A stretch of 35,896 nt of DNA from Octopus bimaculoides (Eukaryota), in assembly GCF_001194135.2 (NCBI RefSeq), contig NC_068994.1, positions 23,201,893 through 23,237,788 of the forward strand, read 5' to 3'. The position numbers and the translations under genes were made by a program. The notes below the pieces were generated by a model that saw only the letters and a program-made list of their open reading frames with translations, had not been told where the DNA came from and ran no database searches. Shown piece after piece: positions 35,193 through 35,896 of the stretch. Each line of letters starts with the position of its first letter. The first letter of the stretch is position 1.

Positions 35193-35630
35193 TTCATTTC
35201 TACATACAGGTGCATTAGGTACGTAACTGCGCATTTGCATAACAACCTAGAAATGCTAGGATTTTGTAAGAAAGAGTAAAAGAGACTGACTTGCACCCTC
35301 CAAATCCAATCTTTTGCGGAAAACTGAAATTAGAGAGATTCAAAATATTTTCCATATGAGATTCTTTAAATGAATATATACACACACTTGGTTGTGTGCA
35401 TCTACAAAGACAGACATATAAAAAGTAAATATGCACGTGTTCACACAGAATATAAATGTAGGTGTATATACCTATATATATACACACACACTAACTCATA
35501 TTTAAAAATACTTAGAACTGTCTTAACACAAAAGTCATGTCACTTTGTTAGTAACCGGCTTGAACTCCACGAACAAGAACTTAAATCTCAAAGAAAACGT
35601 AAATACGCACAAACTTACAAACAAGAACAT

Positions 35631-35631
<1 letters not shown>

Positions 35632-35673
<42 letters not shown>

Positions 35674-35839
35674 CACACACACACACACAGAGTTGAGACC
35701 AGGGATGGCGCATTACTGGGTAATTCATCAGATAGGCAGGAATGCAATAGTACTAGTCCAGTAGGAGAAATTTATCATTATCCATCCATCCATCCATCCA
35801 TCCATCCATCCATCCATCCATTTAAACAGCCACCCACTC

Positions 35840-35896
<57 letters not shown>
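35632..35896. repeat. (CA)n, (CCAT)n and (CTAT)n simple repeats at window end
   Basis: Direct: 35632-35688, 35780-35821, 35839-35896. Confidence 0.92.

Overview
AT-rich eukaryotic genomic DNA, very rich in microsatellites, with 9 assembly gaps (about 3 kb of N). The SINE and LINE families match those I recall from Octopus genomes, so an octopod cephalopod is likely (inference from memory, not a search). I found no intact host protein-coding gene, rRNA, tRNA or CRISPR array; the window reads as intronic or intergenic. Supported content is decayed mobile DNA: three R4/Dong-type non-LTR fragments, CR1/Jockey-like and RTE-like LINE remnants, two DD37D (maT-type) Tc1/mariner copies, a DD34D-type mariner 3' end, a Tc1 remnant, two tRNA-derived SINE families, several inverted-repeat elements, and a tandem pair of a ~560-bp element anchored in (TAA)n. 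The most interesting signals are retroelements stacked at (TAA)n tracts, a 756-bp foldback element in (TA)n, a ~300-bp hairpin element, and a shared AATA(T/G)T target start for one SINE family. I see no convincing evidence of a new biological system beyond these transposon-level observations. Boundaries of degenerate elements are approximate, and identities are manual estimates.
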